This document shows, piece by piece, positions 26,252 through 44,190 of a stretch of DNA of 64,000 nucleotides; positions within the stretch are counted from its first letter, which is position 1; every line of letters starts with the position of its first letter. The notes beneath the pieces are model-generated. The model saw nothing but the letters and a program-made list of their open reading frames with translations. It searched no databases and had not been told where the DNA came from. Made by a program: the position numbers and the translations under genes. The stretch comes from Eledone cirrhosa. Lineage: Eukaryota. Where the stretch lies: assembly GCA_964016885.1 (NCBI GenBank), contig CAXHJY010000079.1, forward strand, positions 159,096 through 223,095, read 5' to 3'.

Positions 26252-26939
26252 ATACATGTATATATATATATATATTTAAATATATATACATAATGATATA
26301 TATGTATATATATATAAGTATATATACATGATGATATATATGTATATATTTAAGTATATATGCATGATGATGATATATATGTATATATTTAAGTATATAT
26401 ACATGATGATATATATGTGTATATTTAAGTATATATACATGATGATATATATATATATTATAATATTCAATGGATTAATGCACTGTGTTCTTGAGCAAGA
26501 TATTTTTGTTTCATTACACAGTGCTTTATGTTAGGACTGAGGCCCCTATCGCTAAAACACAAATATACAGTGTGTTCAGGATAGGATTGGGTCCCTATCA
26601 CTGAAACACACTTATAGGACTGGGACATAATCCCTAAAGCACAAATATACAGAGTTTTCATGATACGACTGGGGCCTTATCACTAATATACATATACAGA
26701 ATTTTCTTGTTAAGACTGGGGTCCCTATCGCTAGAACACATATAGTGGGGCCACTTTCACTAAAACACAGTCTTTCTGTGATAAGACTGGGGCCCCTATT
26801 GCTAAAACAGACATATACAGAGTTTTCATGTTAAAACCAGGGCCCCTATTACTAAAATGCAAATACAGCATATTTTGAGATGCAACCTTGATAAATGGCT
26901 AAATACACTTCTATAAGTGGAAGCTGTAAATTGTATTTT

Positions 26940-27152
26940 TTAACCTTTTAGCATTTAAACCGGCCATACCCAGCCAGAATTCTCTCACCTCTATCTGTCA
27001 AACCAGCTGTAACTGGCCGCTCATATTTATGTTAAGATACTGTTCTCAAAATGAATAATATCAAAATCTCAGATTCGATATTATGTGAGGTAAAGTCTTC
27101 CCCGTGAAAATATAGTAGTATATATAGAGTAATGTAAATGCTAAAGGTTTAA
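26940..27152 (+). mobile_element. TTAA-flanked (piggyBac-like) MITE, ~205 bp
   Basis: TTAA-CCTTTTAGCATTTA ... TAAATGCTAAAGGT-TTAA. Confidence 0.75.
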
Positions 27153-27186
27153 GTTAATATATATATATATATATATATATTTATTT

Positions 27187-27256
27187 TAATATAGAAAAGC
27201 TTCTACAGGACTAGAACTGTTTCATTCATGAGAAATGATTAATGATTTCTCATGAA
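27187..27256 (-). mobile_element. Family A HHR remnant with short inversion
   Basis: Reverse complement of TTTCTCATGAATGAAACAGTTCTAGTCCTGTAGAAGCTTTTCTATATT; CTGATGA lost at the inversion. Confidence 0.7.
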
Positions 27257-27746
27257 ATATAAAGATAGAAGTATATATAAAGATAGAAGAACCATATATA
27301 TATATATATATATATATGGTTCTTCTATCTTTATATATACACACATACATTTATATAGTTATAATAAATGTGAAGACCACAATCCAGAGTTTCAGGTGAT
27401 CCTGCTTAGGGTGAAAGCAGAAATTGTTTGCTTAAACTTTTAATCTGTACTAATAATATATAGATATATATGAATATATATACATACACAAACATATATA
27501 AATGTACACGTATGATTATAAATATATATATAGAGAAATATATAGAAAAATAGAGAGATACAAAATGGATTAAACAAAATAAGAACCAAACAACAAGAAA
27601 AAAGGGGGGAAAACAATTAAAAGAACAACTAGTCTTTGAGGAGGTTAGAGAATGTGTGATGAAAGTACTTTATTGAACTAACCAATAACTAGTAGTGAAT
27701 GAAATAGCGTGTATGTTGTATTGGTAATATTGGCAACATGGCCATC

Positions 27747-27792
<46 letters not shown>

Positions 27793-28187
27793 AACACATA
27801 TATACATAATATAAATATATATAGTCATACATATGTGTATACACACACACACGCACAAATATATATACATGCATACATATATATGTGTGTGTATATATAT
27901 ATATATATACACGTACACAACTATATACACATTTATTTCCATATATACATGCACATATATTTGTATATATAATATATATAATTTATATATATATTTAGAT
28001 ATAGATATACATACATATATAAATCCATACATATATATATATATATATTATATAATATACATATGATATATATATGTATATATATATATTATATAATATA
28101 CATATGATATATATATGTATATATATATACATTATATAATATACATATGATATATATATGTATATATATCGTGAACGACAAAGCATA

Positions 28188-28280
28188 AATGAATTGAGAG
28201 AGAGACTGAGCATAAGAGGAATCAAATGCTGCGTGCAGGAGAGGCGGTTACGCTGGTATGGACATGTGATGCGTATGAAG
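28188..28280 (+). mobile_element. RTE-type LINE fragment
   Basis: ELRERLSIRGIKCCVQERRLRWYGHVMRMK. Confidence 0.75.
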
Positions 28281-28826
28281 GGAAGACGTAGTACTGAGGT
28301 TTGTTGTTGTAGCTGCTGATACGGATTCTACGTCCTGAACATAGATACATATAAATACATACATACATACATATATATATATATACATACATATACATAC
28401 ATAAACATATATATACAAATACATATATATACATATATATACATATACATTTATATACATATATATACATACATACACATATATATACAAATACATATAT
28501 ATACATATATATACATACACATATATATACATATCATCATCACTCGTCGACTACTGTCGAGATGATGGTTCATACATACTTATATATACATACATATACA
28601 TATATATATACATATACATACATACATACATAAACATACATACATATATATACATATATATATATACATAGATATACATACATACATATATATACATATA
28701 TATATATACATAGATATACATATATATATATACATATACATACATACATACATAAACATATACATACATACATATATATACATATACATACATACATATA
28801 TATACATATACATACATATATATACA

Positions 28827-28866
<40 letters not shown>

Positions 28867-28872
28867 CATACA

Positions 28873-28912
<40 letters not shown>

Positions 28913-29109
28913 CATACATATATATATACATACATATATACATACATATATATATACATATATATACATACATATATATATACATATATATACATACATA
29001 TATACATACATATATATATACATATATATATACATACATATATACATACATATATATATACATATATATATATATACATATATATATACATACATATATA
29101 TATACATAC

Positions 29110-29142
<33 letters not shown>

Positions 29143-29337
29143 CATATATATATATACATATATATATAAACATATATATATATACATATATATATATACA
29201 TATATATATATACATATATATATATACATATATATATATACATATATATATATATACATATACATATATATATATATACATATATATATATACATATATA
29301 TATATATACATATATATATATACATATATATATATAC

Positions 29338-29402
<65 letters not shown>

Positions 29403-29411
29403 CATATATAC

Positions 29412-29442
<31 letters not shown>

Positions 29443-29523
29443 CATATATATACATATATATATATACATATATATATACACATATATATATACACATATA
29501 TATATATACATATATATATATAC

Positions 29524-29586
<63 letters not shown>

Positions 29587-29651
29587 CATATATATACATA
29601 TATATATATACATATATATATACACATATATATATACACATATATATATAC

Positions 29652-29684
<33 letters not shown>

Positions 29685-29713
29685 CATATATATATACACA
29701 TATATATATATAC

Positions 29714-29776
<63 letters not shown>

Positions 29777-29813
29777 CATATACATATATATATATATATA
29801 TACATATATATAC

Positions 29814-29846
<33 letters not shown>

Positions 29847-30165
29847 CATATGTATATATATACATACATAAGTATATATATATATATACATATATATATA
29901 CATATATATGTATATATATATATATATACATATATATGTATATATACATATATATGTATATATATATATATATATACATATATATGTATATATATATATA
30001 TATACATATATATGTATATATATATATATATACATATATATGTATATATATATACACACATATATATATGTATATATATATATACATATATATGTATATA
30101 TACATATATATACATATATATGTATATATACATATATATATACATATATATACATATATATATAC

Positions 30166-30207
<42 letters not shown>

Positions 30208-30254
30208 ATATATATGCATATATATATATATTCATATATATATATGCATATATG

Positions 30255-30290
<36 letters not shown>

Positions 30291-30413
30291 CATATATATA
30301 TGTATATATATGTATATATATATATATGTATATATATATATACATATATATATATGTATATATATATATACATATATATATACATATATATATATGTATA
30401 TATATATATACAC

Positions 30414-30444
<31 letters not shown>

Positions 30445-30541
30445 GGAGGTGAGTTTTATTGTAGTACAATAAAGCAATATGTTGATTTAAAACTGCACTA
30501 TTCACAACTGTTTTTTAACCTTCATATCATGTCTTCCTATG

Positions 30542-30604
30542 TTATCTGATGAAAACACAAATGTTATTGTATGATGATATTTGTTTTTGAAATGCGCATA
30601 ATAA
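30542..30604 (+). ncRNA. Minimal type I hammerhead ribozyme (family I)
   Basis: TTAT-CTGATGA-long stem II-GAAA-T-GCGC-A-TA-ATAA; palindromic loop 3 as in PLE minimal HHRs; part of insertion 30444-30638. Confidence 0.85.
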
Positions 30605-30662
30605 AATACATGGAACTCTTTTAACCATCTTTTGTTCTTATATATATATGTATATATATACA

Positions 30663-30736
<74 letters not shown>

Positions 30737-30800
30737 TACATATATATACATATATATACATATATATGCATATACATATATATACATATCTATATATACA

Positions 30801-30990
30801 TGGTGGCTGACAACTCGTTTTCGAGTACGGCCACTACTTTATATCCATGTAGGAGAACTCCTACCGATGCTCTGAACGAGTGTGACTTTTTAGTCCAGTC
30901 AGCGACTTGAAAACTCTGGTACAAACAATTATTGACACATAGTGTTGGGCCTATGGTACCATGTGACGACAAGTGCAGAGAGATCTCCAG
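30801..30990 (-). mobile_element. Family C 3' fragment
   Basis: Reverse complement of ~61655-61858. Confidence 0.8.
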
Positions 30991-31035
30991 ATATATACAT
31001 ATATATATACATATATATATATATACATATATATG

Positions 31036-31092
<57 letters not shown>

Positions 31093-31390
31093 GTATACAT
31101 ATATATATATGTATACATATATATACATATATATATATGTATATATATATATATACATATATATATATTTATATATATATATATGTATACATATATATAT
31201 ATATATGCATATATATATATATGTATACATATATATATGTATACATATATATGTATATATATGCAGATATATATATATGTATATATATGTATATATATGT
31301 ATATATATATCTATGTATATATATATATGTATATATATATATGTATATATATATATGTATATATATATATGTATATATATATATGTATAC

Positions 31391-31423
<33 letters not shown>

Positions 31424-31967
31424 TATACATATATATACATATATATGTATATATATATATATGTATACATATATATATATATACATATATATATGTATAT
31501 ATATATATACATGTATATGTATATATACATGTATATGTATATATACATGTATATGTATATATACGTACATATATATACATATATATATACATATACATAT
31601 ATATATACATATACATATATATATACATATACATATATATATATGTTGGCAACATGACCCTCCCAAAGTATAACAATATCGGTTTCAACACACGTTTTCA
31701 GATAAAGAATCTTGCTAACCAAATTCAGAAACGAAATATATATATATAAATATACATATATATGTATATATACATACATATACATATATATAAATACATA
31801 TACATATAAACATACATATACATATATATATATATATATATACTTACATATATATATATATACATACATATATATATATATACATACATACATATATATA
31901 TATATACATACATACACATATATATACATACATACATACATATATATACATACATACATATATATAC

Positions 31968-32041
<74 letters not shown>

Positions 32042-33096
32042 ACATACATATACATACATATACATACACATATATATACATACATATACATACACATATA
32101 TATATATATACATACACATATATATATATATACATACACATATATATATATATACATACATATACATACATATACATATATATACATACATATACATACA
32201 TATACATATATATACATACATATATACATACATATACATATACATATATACATATACATATACATATATATATATATATACATATACATATACATATATA
32301 TACACATATACATATATATATACATATACACATATACATATACACATATACATATATACATATATATATACATATACACATATACATATATATATACATA
32401 TACACATATACATATATATATACATATACATATATACATATATATATACATATACATATATATATATATGCATATATATATACATATACATATATACATA
32501 TATATATACATATACATATATATATATATGCATATATATATATATGCATATATATATACATATATATATACATATATATATACATATATATATATATATA
32601 CATATATATATACATATATATACATATATATATACATATATATATATATATACATATATATATACATATATATACATATATATATACATATATATACATA
32701 TATATATACATATATATATACATATATATATACATATATATACATATATATATACATATATATATACATATATATATACATATATATATATACACATATA
32801 TATATACATATACACATACATATACATATACACATATATATATACATATATATATACATATATATATACATATATACACATATATATACATATATACACA
32901 TATATGTATATATATATACATATATATATATATATACATATATATACATATATATATATACATATACATACATATATATATATACATATATACATATACA
33001 TATACATATATATATATACATATATACATATACATATACATATATATATATACATATACATATATATATATACATATATATATACATATATATATA

Positions 33097-33127
<31 letters not shown>

Positions 33128-33156
33128 ATATACATATATATATACATATATATATA

Positions 33157-33187
<31 letters not shown>

Positions 33188-33935
33188 ATATACATATATA
33201 CATATATATATATACATATATACATATATATATATACATATATATATACATATATATATATATACATATATACATATATATATATACATATATATATATA
33301 CATATATATATACATATATATATATACATATATATATACATATATATATACATATATATATACATATATATATACATATATATATACATATATATATATA
33401 CATATATATATACATATATATATACATATATATATATACATATATATATACATATATATATATACATATATATATATACATATATATATACATATATATA
33501 TATACATATATATATACATATATATATACATATATACATATATATATATACATATATATATATACATATATATATACATACATATATATATACATATATA
33601 TATACATATATATATACATATATATATACATATATATACATTTCTATATATACATATATATACATTTCTATATATACATATATATACATTTCTATATATA
33701 CATATATATACATATATATACATATATATATACATATATATATATATACATATATATATACATATATATATACATATATATATACATATATATATACATA
33801 TATATATACATATATATATACATATATATATACATATATACATATATATATACATATATATATACATATATATATACATATATATATACATATATATATA
33901 CATATATATATACATATATATATATATACATATAC

Positions 33936-33982
<47 letters not shown>

Positions 33983-34035
33983 TATATACATATATATATA
34001 TACATATATATATATACATATATATATATACACAC

Positions 34036-34066
<31 letters not shown>

Positions 34067-34115
34067 CATATATATATACATATATAAATACCTCTCATAT
34101 ATATATAAATGTAGA

Positions 34116-34288
34116 TGGCGTTAGGAAGGACATCCGTCCGTAGAGAACAAGCCAGAAATATTTGTATATGAGAGCAAGGCCTGGTCATCTGATCTGGCTA
34201 GTCTCTAAACGAAGGGACAATTCGTCTAACCGATGCTAGCATGGATAAATGGACATTAAACGGTGATAATGTTGATGTTGATGATGAT
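34116..34288 (+). mobile_element. SINE 3' half with ATGCTAGCATGGA...GGACATTAAAC tail
   Basis: GGCGTTAGGAAGGACATCC motif as in family D; related tails at ~23390, 24225, 24550. Confidence 0.6.
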
Positions 34289-34847
34289 AGACAAATCATT
34301 GCAATTCCACCAGCTGACCTTTGGAGCCTTTAACTGAGTCCAGAGTGAAAGTGTCTGGTTTCAATGTACCCCCTTCCATTGATCTCAAAACCATTTCATG
34401 GTTACTGCTCTCTCTCTCTCTCTCCTTTAGTAAACATAATAATAATTGTTTCTACATTAGGCACAAGGCCAGTAAATATCTCAGTGCATTACTGGTACTT
34501 TATTTTATCGACCCCGTAAGGATGAAAGGCAAAGTTAGCCTCGGTGGGATTTGAACTCAGTAATAATAATAAAAACAATATACGCAATCACCCACCTACA
34601 CACACTCATGTATACATACATGTATATATAATCCTGTGTGTATGAATGTGTATATGAACGTAATTAATTTACAAAAGAAATAAAAGAACTTTAGCATTAA
34701 GATGTAGATATTTTTGTAATATAGAATATACACGCAATGTATATAGACCGTCACATACATATATAGACCGTCACATACATATATATATATATATACATAC
34801 ATATATATATATATATATACATACATATATATATATATACATACATA

Positions 34848-34976
34848 ATGATTTCTTTTGAATGAAACAGTTTTAGTCATGTAGAAGACATTTCTATATT
34901 AAACTTGATGTTTACACTATTAATGTATTGAGTACTTAACTAACTACGGTTACCCTCGATTGAACCCAGGACTCAC
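34848..34976 (+). mobile_element. PLE terminal fragment family A (decayed HHR plus tail)
   Basis: ATGATTTC...GAAACAGTTTTAGTCATGTAGAAG...GTATTGAGTAC...GAACCCAGGA. Confidence 0.75.
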
Positions 34977-34993
34977 ATATACAAGCACATTAT

Positions 34994-35042
<49 letters not shown>

Positions 35043-35045
35043 TAC

Positions 35046-35076
<31 letters not shown>

Positions 35077-35186
35077 AATATACATATATATATATAAATA
35101 TACATATATATATAAATATACATATATATATATATTTATATATATATATATAAATATACATGTATATATATATATATACATATATA

Positions 35187-35342
35187 ACGAAGGAGGTGTG
35201 GTAAGGAACCAGATGGACCATAACGCACGAGAGTACTCAATACTTAGTGTAGTAGAGTGGGTAATAGGAAAATGTTTAACCCCTGTCCAGAAATAGCCGT
35301 CGAAACGGCTTGAGCTCTGCCATCAGGGTTAAACATTTTCCT
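35187..35342 (-). mobile_element. PLE terminal fragment family B with inversion
   Basis: GTCCAGAAATAGCCGTCGAAACGGCTTGAGCTC nearly identical to the Naiad end at 52030-52063 (minus); tail as at 2948-3029. Confidence 0.8.
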
Positions 35343-35573
35343 ATATATATATATATAAATAAATATACATAAATATGTACACATACATAAATATATACGT
35401 ATATATATATAGCTACATATAAACATACACACACACACATATATATAATGCTGTCTCATTAAAAGTAAAAACACAATGGAATTTATGCAAAGATATTGTT
35501 TAGAAAATTAATTTTCAACAAGTAGTCTTACATTTTGTTCTGGTTTCGAATGACGGTGAAACAGCTGTAAGCT

Positions 35574-35635
<62 letters not shown>

Positions 35636-35706
35636 CATATACATATATATATATATATATACATACATATATATATATATATACATACATATACATATAT
35701 ATATAC

Positions 35707-35739
<33 letters not shown>

Positions 35740-35774
35740 CATATATATATACATATATATACATATATATATAC

Positions 35775-35807
<33 letters not shown>

Positions 35808-35840
35808 CATATATATATACACATATATACATATATATAC

Positions 35841-35891
<51 letters not shown>

Positions 35892-35932
35892 CATATATAT
35901 ACATACATACATATACATATATATACATACAT

Positions 35933-35991
<59 letters not shown>

Positions 35992-36286
35992 CATACATAC
36001 ATATATATATATATATACATACATACATACATACATATATATACATACATACATACATATATATATATATACATATACATACATATATATATATATATAT
36101 ACATATACATACATATATATATATATACATATACATACATATATATATATATACATATACATACATATATATATATATACATATACATACATATACATAT
36201 ATATACATATACATACATATACATATATATACATATACATACACATACATACATATACATACATATACATATATATATACATATAC

Positions 36287-36343
<57 letters not shown>

Positions 36344-38700
36344 TATACATATATATATATACATACATATACATATATATATACATATACATATACATAT
36401 ACATATATATATACATATATATATACATATATATATACATATATATATACATATACATACATATACATATATATACATATACATATATATACATATACAT
36501 ACATATACATATATATATACATATACATACATATACATATATATATACATATATAAATGCATATATATATGTGTACATAAATGTACATACATATATATGT
36601 ATACACACATAACACACACACACATATATATATATATATATGCATATATATATACACATACTTAATACTTTGGTTAAATAAATGCCAATATATATTTACA
36701 CACACACGCATATATATCATACCATGTATATATACACGTATATATACTTACACATATATATATATATATACACATACACACATATACGTACATAATACTT
36801 TCATCAGATCAATGTCAATATATACTCTATTGACTTTCAGATATATATTATTCTTTGATGCCATCCTTCTTAATTCGTTGAAATCCAGCAATATCTAAAT
36901 CTCAGCCCCCAAAAGGAGCACAACGAAACACAGCCTGCCACCCTTAATTCGTTTTAACCAGGTTCAGTTATATCATTAACAACATCCTTTCGTAGCAGAA
37001 CCTATAATATATTGTCTTTTTATCTCGTATTCCCTCAATGGTGTCTGTCTTTTGCTCGAGAGGTTCCAGAAGTGTTTAAAACTTGCCATTTAAGCAGTTT
37101 ACAACCAACTTTCATTTAATGCGTGAAGTAATTTTACAAGGTGGCATGTGATTGAAGAAAAATAACAGAATCTGTCCTCCCCAGAGCTGAGAGGAGACTG
37201 GACAGTATTTTCGGTGTAAATAGGATTAATATGACAGAAGCTGGGAGAAAAGTGGACCATTTTCAAATAATTTACGAAGAATATATTTAATTTAAAAAAA
37301 AGTTCTTTCTAGATAGATAAAACCTGGTTAATTGTATTTCTGTTAATTTTATTCTTTTAAACGAGGTTCATTGAAGAATTATTGTTTAATAGATGTGAAA
37401 TGTTTATAAAGAAATATTTTGATTTTAGATTTTTAAAGAAGTCTGGAAGAGAGAAGGGAATCTTGTGACGTTTAATGGTCCTGGTAGGTATTAAGAACTG
37501 AAACTATGTCGCGGGGACTTCTTGGTCGCTAACTTACCTTTTTTTTTAAATTCTACTACGACACGAATAGCTAATAATGATAATGATGATGGTGGTGGTG
37601 ATGATGGTGATGGTGATAATGGTGATGGTGGTGATGATGATGGTGTTAATGACGATGATGATATTGGTAATGATGATGTTGTAATGCTGATGATGATAAT
37701 GGTAATGATGATAATAGTGCTAATGAGGATGGTAATGATGATGAGGGTGATAATGATGATGATGGTTTGATTTAAGCACAAGACCAGACGATAATAATGT
37801 AACTTATATAAATACCTCTCATCTATTGTGTGCTATGTTATCCATTAAACCAACGTTGAAATATGCCTCCCAATAAACAGCGTTCGTTACAAATGGAATA
37901 TTGCGGACGGTGGGGGAACGTCAGAGAGAGTGGGGAGGTCGGACGGCGGGGGAGGGAGGTCGGAGAGAGTGGGGGAGATCGGACAGTGGGGAGGTCGGAT
38001 GGTGGGGCAACGTCGGACCGTGGGGCAACGTCGGATGGTGGGGGAGGTCGGAGATGGTGGGGGAGGTCGGTTGGTAAAGGTTCTAAATACCACTCTTTTA
38101 TCATCGATGGAATAAACCGTGATAGTAGTAGTAATAGTAGTAGAGTTGTAGTAGTAGTACTGGTTGTAGTAGTAGTACTGGTAGTTGTAGTAGTGGTAGC
38201 GGTAGTAGTAGTAGTAGTAGTACTGGTAGTAGTAGTAGTAGTGGTAATAACCCCACCAGCCTCACCACCAATGATATATTCTGTACAAAATACCTTATTT
38301 AATACATTAAAAGAGTGAAAAGGTTTAGTGTGGAAGCTAAGGAGACAGCAAGTATGTTTATGGTTATTATTGCTGTAGTGGGGACTACACACATCAAGTA
38401 GTTGATGGCATCCGAAAAATTAGTTGCAATAGTCACATATTCCGACGTTGAAAATAATGGTCTCTCTCTCTCTTTCTCTTTTCTTATCTCTCTCTCTCTC
38501 TCTTCTTGTCTCTCTCTTTTCCCATCTCTCTCTCCTTGTCTCTCTCTTTCTCTTCTTGTCTCTCTCGCTTTCTGTCTCCCTCTTTCTCTATCTCTCAATC
38601 TGTCTATCTTTCTTTCTCTCTATGTCTCTGCTCTCTTCTTTCTCTCCCCCTCCCCCCCCCTGATAACGAAACTAAAACTACAGTAGTAGTATGAATTATG

Positions 38701-38763
<63 letters not shown>

Positions 38764-39274
38764 TCAACACTACACTCATTGAACGCAAACCCAAAATAAA
38801 CAAATATATCCAGAGTTAATTAATGAACAACAACAACATCAACAACATCTTGGCTAATTTATAGCAATAATTAACAATATTAAAGTGTACTGTGATGGAA
38901 TATATACACATAGCCATCTTCTAGCTCTAAAAGTCTTGTCATTTTCTTTTCAAAACGAAATAACGTCTTAGATTCTTAAATTATACGCAAAAAAACAAAA
39001 CAATAACGGTAATAATAGTAATAACAATAATAATAATGATAATAATGATAATAATATTGATAATGATAACAATGAAACAGAAAGAAATCTCTTACCATTC
39101 TTTCTACATTTGATTGTATCGGGTATATTTCTAGTAAAACGATCGTATCGTCTGATTCAATGGAAAAAGGTTGAACCAAAATTGTAGAGGATTTAATAAA
39201 AACACCCCGTTAATGAGAAATCTGCTGGTCTGTTTTGTGAGAATGATAGAAGGATGTTTCTCTCCATAATACAC

Positions 39275-39892
39275 AGATAGCTACATGTATGTAGACATAT
39301 ACACACAGCCAGCTACATGTATGTAGACATATACAGCTAGTTACATGTATGTAGACATATACACACAGCTAGCTACATGTATTTAGACATATACAACTAG
39401 TTACATGTATGTAGACATATACACACAGCTAGCTACATGTATGTAGACATATACACACAGCTAGCTACATGTATGTAGACATATACAGCTAGTTACATGT
39501 ATGTAGACATACACACAGCTAGCTACATGTATGTAGACATATACACACAGCTAGCTACATGTAGACATATATACACTAAACTACATGTATGTAGACATAA
39601 ATACACTGCTACCTACATGTATGTAGAAATAAACACAGCTAGCTACATGTATGTAGAAATATACACGCAGCTAGCTACATGTATGTAGAAATATACACAC
39701 AGTAAGCTAGCTACATGTATGTAGACATAAACACACAGTAAGCTGCTTAAAAATATTTACACATGTAGAAATATATACACAGCTACCTACATGTATGTAG
39801 AAATATACACAGCTGGCTACATGTATGTAGAAATAAACACAGCTAGCTACATGTATGTAGAAATATATACACTGCTAGCTACATGTAGAAAT
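39275..39892. repeat. ~30-bp minisatellite
   Basis: ACACAGCTAGCTACATGTATGTAGA(C/A)ATAT, about 20 copies. Confidence 0.9.
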
Positions 39893-39964
39893 ATCATGTT
39901 GGAACATTATATTCTAGCAAAGAAGCTAGAACTGGTGGAAGACATTCAATAACTGCTACTGCCT

Positions 39965-40950
39965 TTGACTGATGTTGTTGTTGTTACTGTTGTTGTAACT
40001 ACTGTTGTGGTTGCTATTGTTGTTACTGTTGTTGTTACTGTTGTTGTTACTGTTGTAGCTACTGATTTTGTTACTGTTGTTGTAGCTACTGATGTAACTA
40101 CTGTTGTGATTGCTACTGTTGTTGTTACTGTAACTGCTGTTGCTGTTGTAACTACTGTTGTGGTTGCTACTGTTGTTGTTGTTGTTGTTACTGTTGTGGT
40201 TGCTACTGTTGTTGCTGTTGTAACTACTGTTGTGGTTGCTACTGTTGTGGTTGCTACTGTTGTTGTTGCTACTACTCTTGTGGTTGCTACTGTTGTTGTA
40301 ACTACTCTTGTGGTTGCTACTGTTGTTGTTGCTACTGTTGTTGCTACTGTTGTGGTTGCTACTGTTGTTGTTGTAACTACTCTTGTGGTTGCTACTGTTG
40401 TTGTTGCTACTGTTGTTGTTGCTACTGTTGTTGTTGCTACTGTTGTTGTTGCTACTGTTGTTGTTGTAACTACTGTTGTTGTTGCTACTGTTGTTGTTGC
40501 TACTGTTGTGGTTGCTACTGTTGTTGTTACTGTTGTGATTGTTACTGTTGTGGTTGCTACTGTTGTGGTTGCTACTGTTGTTGTTACTGTTGTGGTTGCT
40601 ACTGTTGTGGTTGCTACTGTTGTTGTTACTGTTGTGGTTGCTACTGTTGTTGTTGTTGCTTTAACTACTCTTGTGGTTGCTACTGTTGTTACTGTTGTGG
40701 TTGCTACTGTTACTATTGTTGTTGTTACTGTTGTGGTTGTTGGTGTTGTAGTTACTGTTGTAGCTACTGTTACTGTTGTTGTTATTGTAGTTACTGTAGT
40801 GGTTGTTATTATAGCTACTGTTACTGTTGTTGTTATTGTAGCTACTGTAGTGGTTCTTGTTGTGGTTGGTATTGTTGTTATAGCTGCTGTTGTTGTTACT
40901 GTTGTTGTTGCTGCTGTTGTTGTTATTACTGTTACTGCTGTTGTTGTTGG
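39965..40950. repeat. Compound (GTT)/(ACT)/(GCT) trinucleotide repeat
   Basis: Direct reading. Confidence 0.9.
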
Positions 40951-41336
40951 CGCTAACAACACTCGATAATACATAGCATGATAGATAGATCCAAATAAGA
41001 AGTGAACTTCCAGGGATCCCAACTAAACAATCGCACACACACACACACAAATACATACACACAGACACACACACACAGACAGGCATAGTTTCACATACAC
41101 AGTAGTAAGAACCTCAGAGGAGAGATGGACAGCTGAGGGCTTTCAGAGAAGAACCCCCACCCACCCTCAAGCAAGTGTTTCGGCCTTTATCTAACTATAT
41201 ATGAATCTCTATATCACTCTCATATATATATATACATAGACACACACCCGTATATATACACACACACACATATATATATATATGACAGACTCTCTCTTTC
41301 TCATACTCACACACACAATCTCTCTCACACACACCC

Positions 41337-41369
<33 letters not shown>

Positions 41370-41516
41370 TATTCACACACATATATTCACACACATACGT
41401 ATATATATATATACAGACATATATATTCACACACATATATATTCACACACATACGTATATATATACAAACATATATATATACACACACACACATATATAT
41501 ACACACACACATATAC

Positions 41517-41571
<55 letters not shown>

Positions 41572-41582
41572 AACATATATAT

Positions 41583-41623
<41 letters not shown>

Positions 41624-41849
41624 AACTATAGCGATTATTTAAACATTATACTCATTGTATATCAATTTAGTAAGGAAGAAGAAATTGGTTGTATATTGGA
41701 AGAGAGCAGACGATATTAGATAAAAGACGAGTAAAAAAGGAAAATAAATTTAGGGAAAACATTTAATAAGAAGGAATTATAAATGAGAAAATAATATTGT
41801 AACACATTATCAGCAAACTATTTTATTGATTCCTGTATATATATATATA

Positions 41850-42570
<721 letters not shown>

Positions 42571-42594
42571 ATATATATATATATATATATATTT

Positions 42595-42629
<35 letters not shown>

Positions 42630-43756
42630 TATATACATACACACACTACAAGTATACAAAAATGGTTGAACATGCATCTTTAGGTAAACCTGTGTGAGTG
42701 AGTGCGAGTGTGGGGTGTGTGTGTGTGTATGAATGTGGGTGAGTGTATGTATGTACGGTTATATGTGTGTATGTATATAAGCATGTTTATCTGTATAAGT
42801 GTATGTATGTGTATAAGTATGTAAGTATGAATGTGTGTATATGTGTGTATGTGTATATTATATATGTATGTAAGTGTGTATGGGTATATAGTGTATGTAT
42901 GTGCTTGCTTTCGCTAGATTCATCCCGTTAGTATATAAGCACACACACACACACACATATATATAATAATATATATTCATTTATTAAATCATTGACTCTT
43001 ACAGCATTAGTTCTGTATGGTGTGTTAGGTCTGAAATTGTTAAAATCTTTGTTTCAAAGTGTGTGTGTGTATGTGACTGTGTGTGTATGTATGTGACTGT
43101 GTGCGTGTGTGGGATAAATCCGGAAAAAAGCTTGAACATATATATGACTGGTAAGGTACCAGTAATTCCATCGGGCTATAGGCTTGCTTAATAGGAGAGA
43201 GAGAGAGAGTGTGTGTGTGTGTGTGTGAAAGAGAGAGAAGATTATGGAGAGTAATTTGACATCAAAACCGAAGAACAACGAAGGGATACGATTTTGGAAG
43301 TTTTTAGCAAGTGCGCGCCCGAACACACACAGGCAGTTGCCTGCACACACACACACACAGGCAGTTGCCTACACACACACACACAGGCAGTTGCCTACAC
43401 ACACACACACACACACACACAGGCATCTACATACACACACACTCAGTTACCTGCACACACAGACACACACATGCTCTCACATGCAGTTACCGCGCACGCA
43501 CCTGCACACACACGCGCACCTGCATACACATACATACATGCATACACAAAATAAAAACGCACCCATACGCACACCCTCGCGAAGGTACATGCACACATAC
43601 ATCCGCAGTCACACACAAGCACCTGCAAACACACACACACAGAGACACCACACACACACACACTTCAGTACTTATAAAACATGTAGTGAAGGTTATGTAT
43701 ATAAAATACAAGATATTTCATGTTTTCTATACTGTATGTATGTATCTGTGTGTATC

Positions 43757-43792
<36 letters not shown>

Positions 43793-44106
43793 CAAGTATG
43801 AATACTAATTCATCTTCTTACAACATAGCAATGTTGTTTCAGCAAGGCGAGTGGATTGTTCTCCAAGCCCCTTCAGAAAAATTTGTGTGTGTGTTAATAT
43901 ATATAAATGTATGTGTGTGTGTGTGTGTGAGTCTTAGCACGGGGGAGACCACAAATCAGCAGAGTACTTGATGTATGTATACATATATGTAAGCATGTAT
44001 GTACGTCAGTATGTGTATATGTATATATGTATGAATGTATATGTATGTATATAAAATGTCCTGTATGTAAATATCTGTATGTGTGAATCAAATGTGTGTG
44101 GGTGGG

Positions 44107-44190
<84 letters not shown>

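Larger units (their letters stand above)
28340..34110. repeat. Very long compound (TA)n/(TACA)/(TACATA) microsatellite field with embedded TE fragments
   Basis: Direct reading. Confidence 0.95.

Noticed and set aside
28551-34188. Very long YI/MY-rich ORFs (up to 1132 aa)
   Set aside because: Translations of (TA)n/(TACA)n microsatellite lacking stop codons; open in several frames on both strands
39946-41022. Mucin-like Thr/Val-rich ORF
   Set aside because: Trinucleotide repeat open on both strands; no signal peptide or clear splice context
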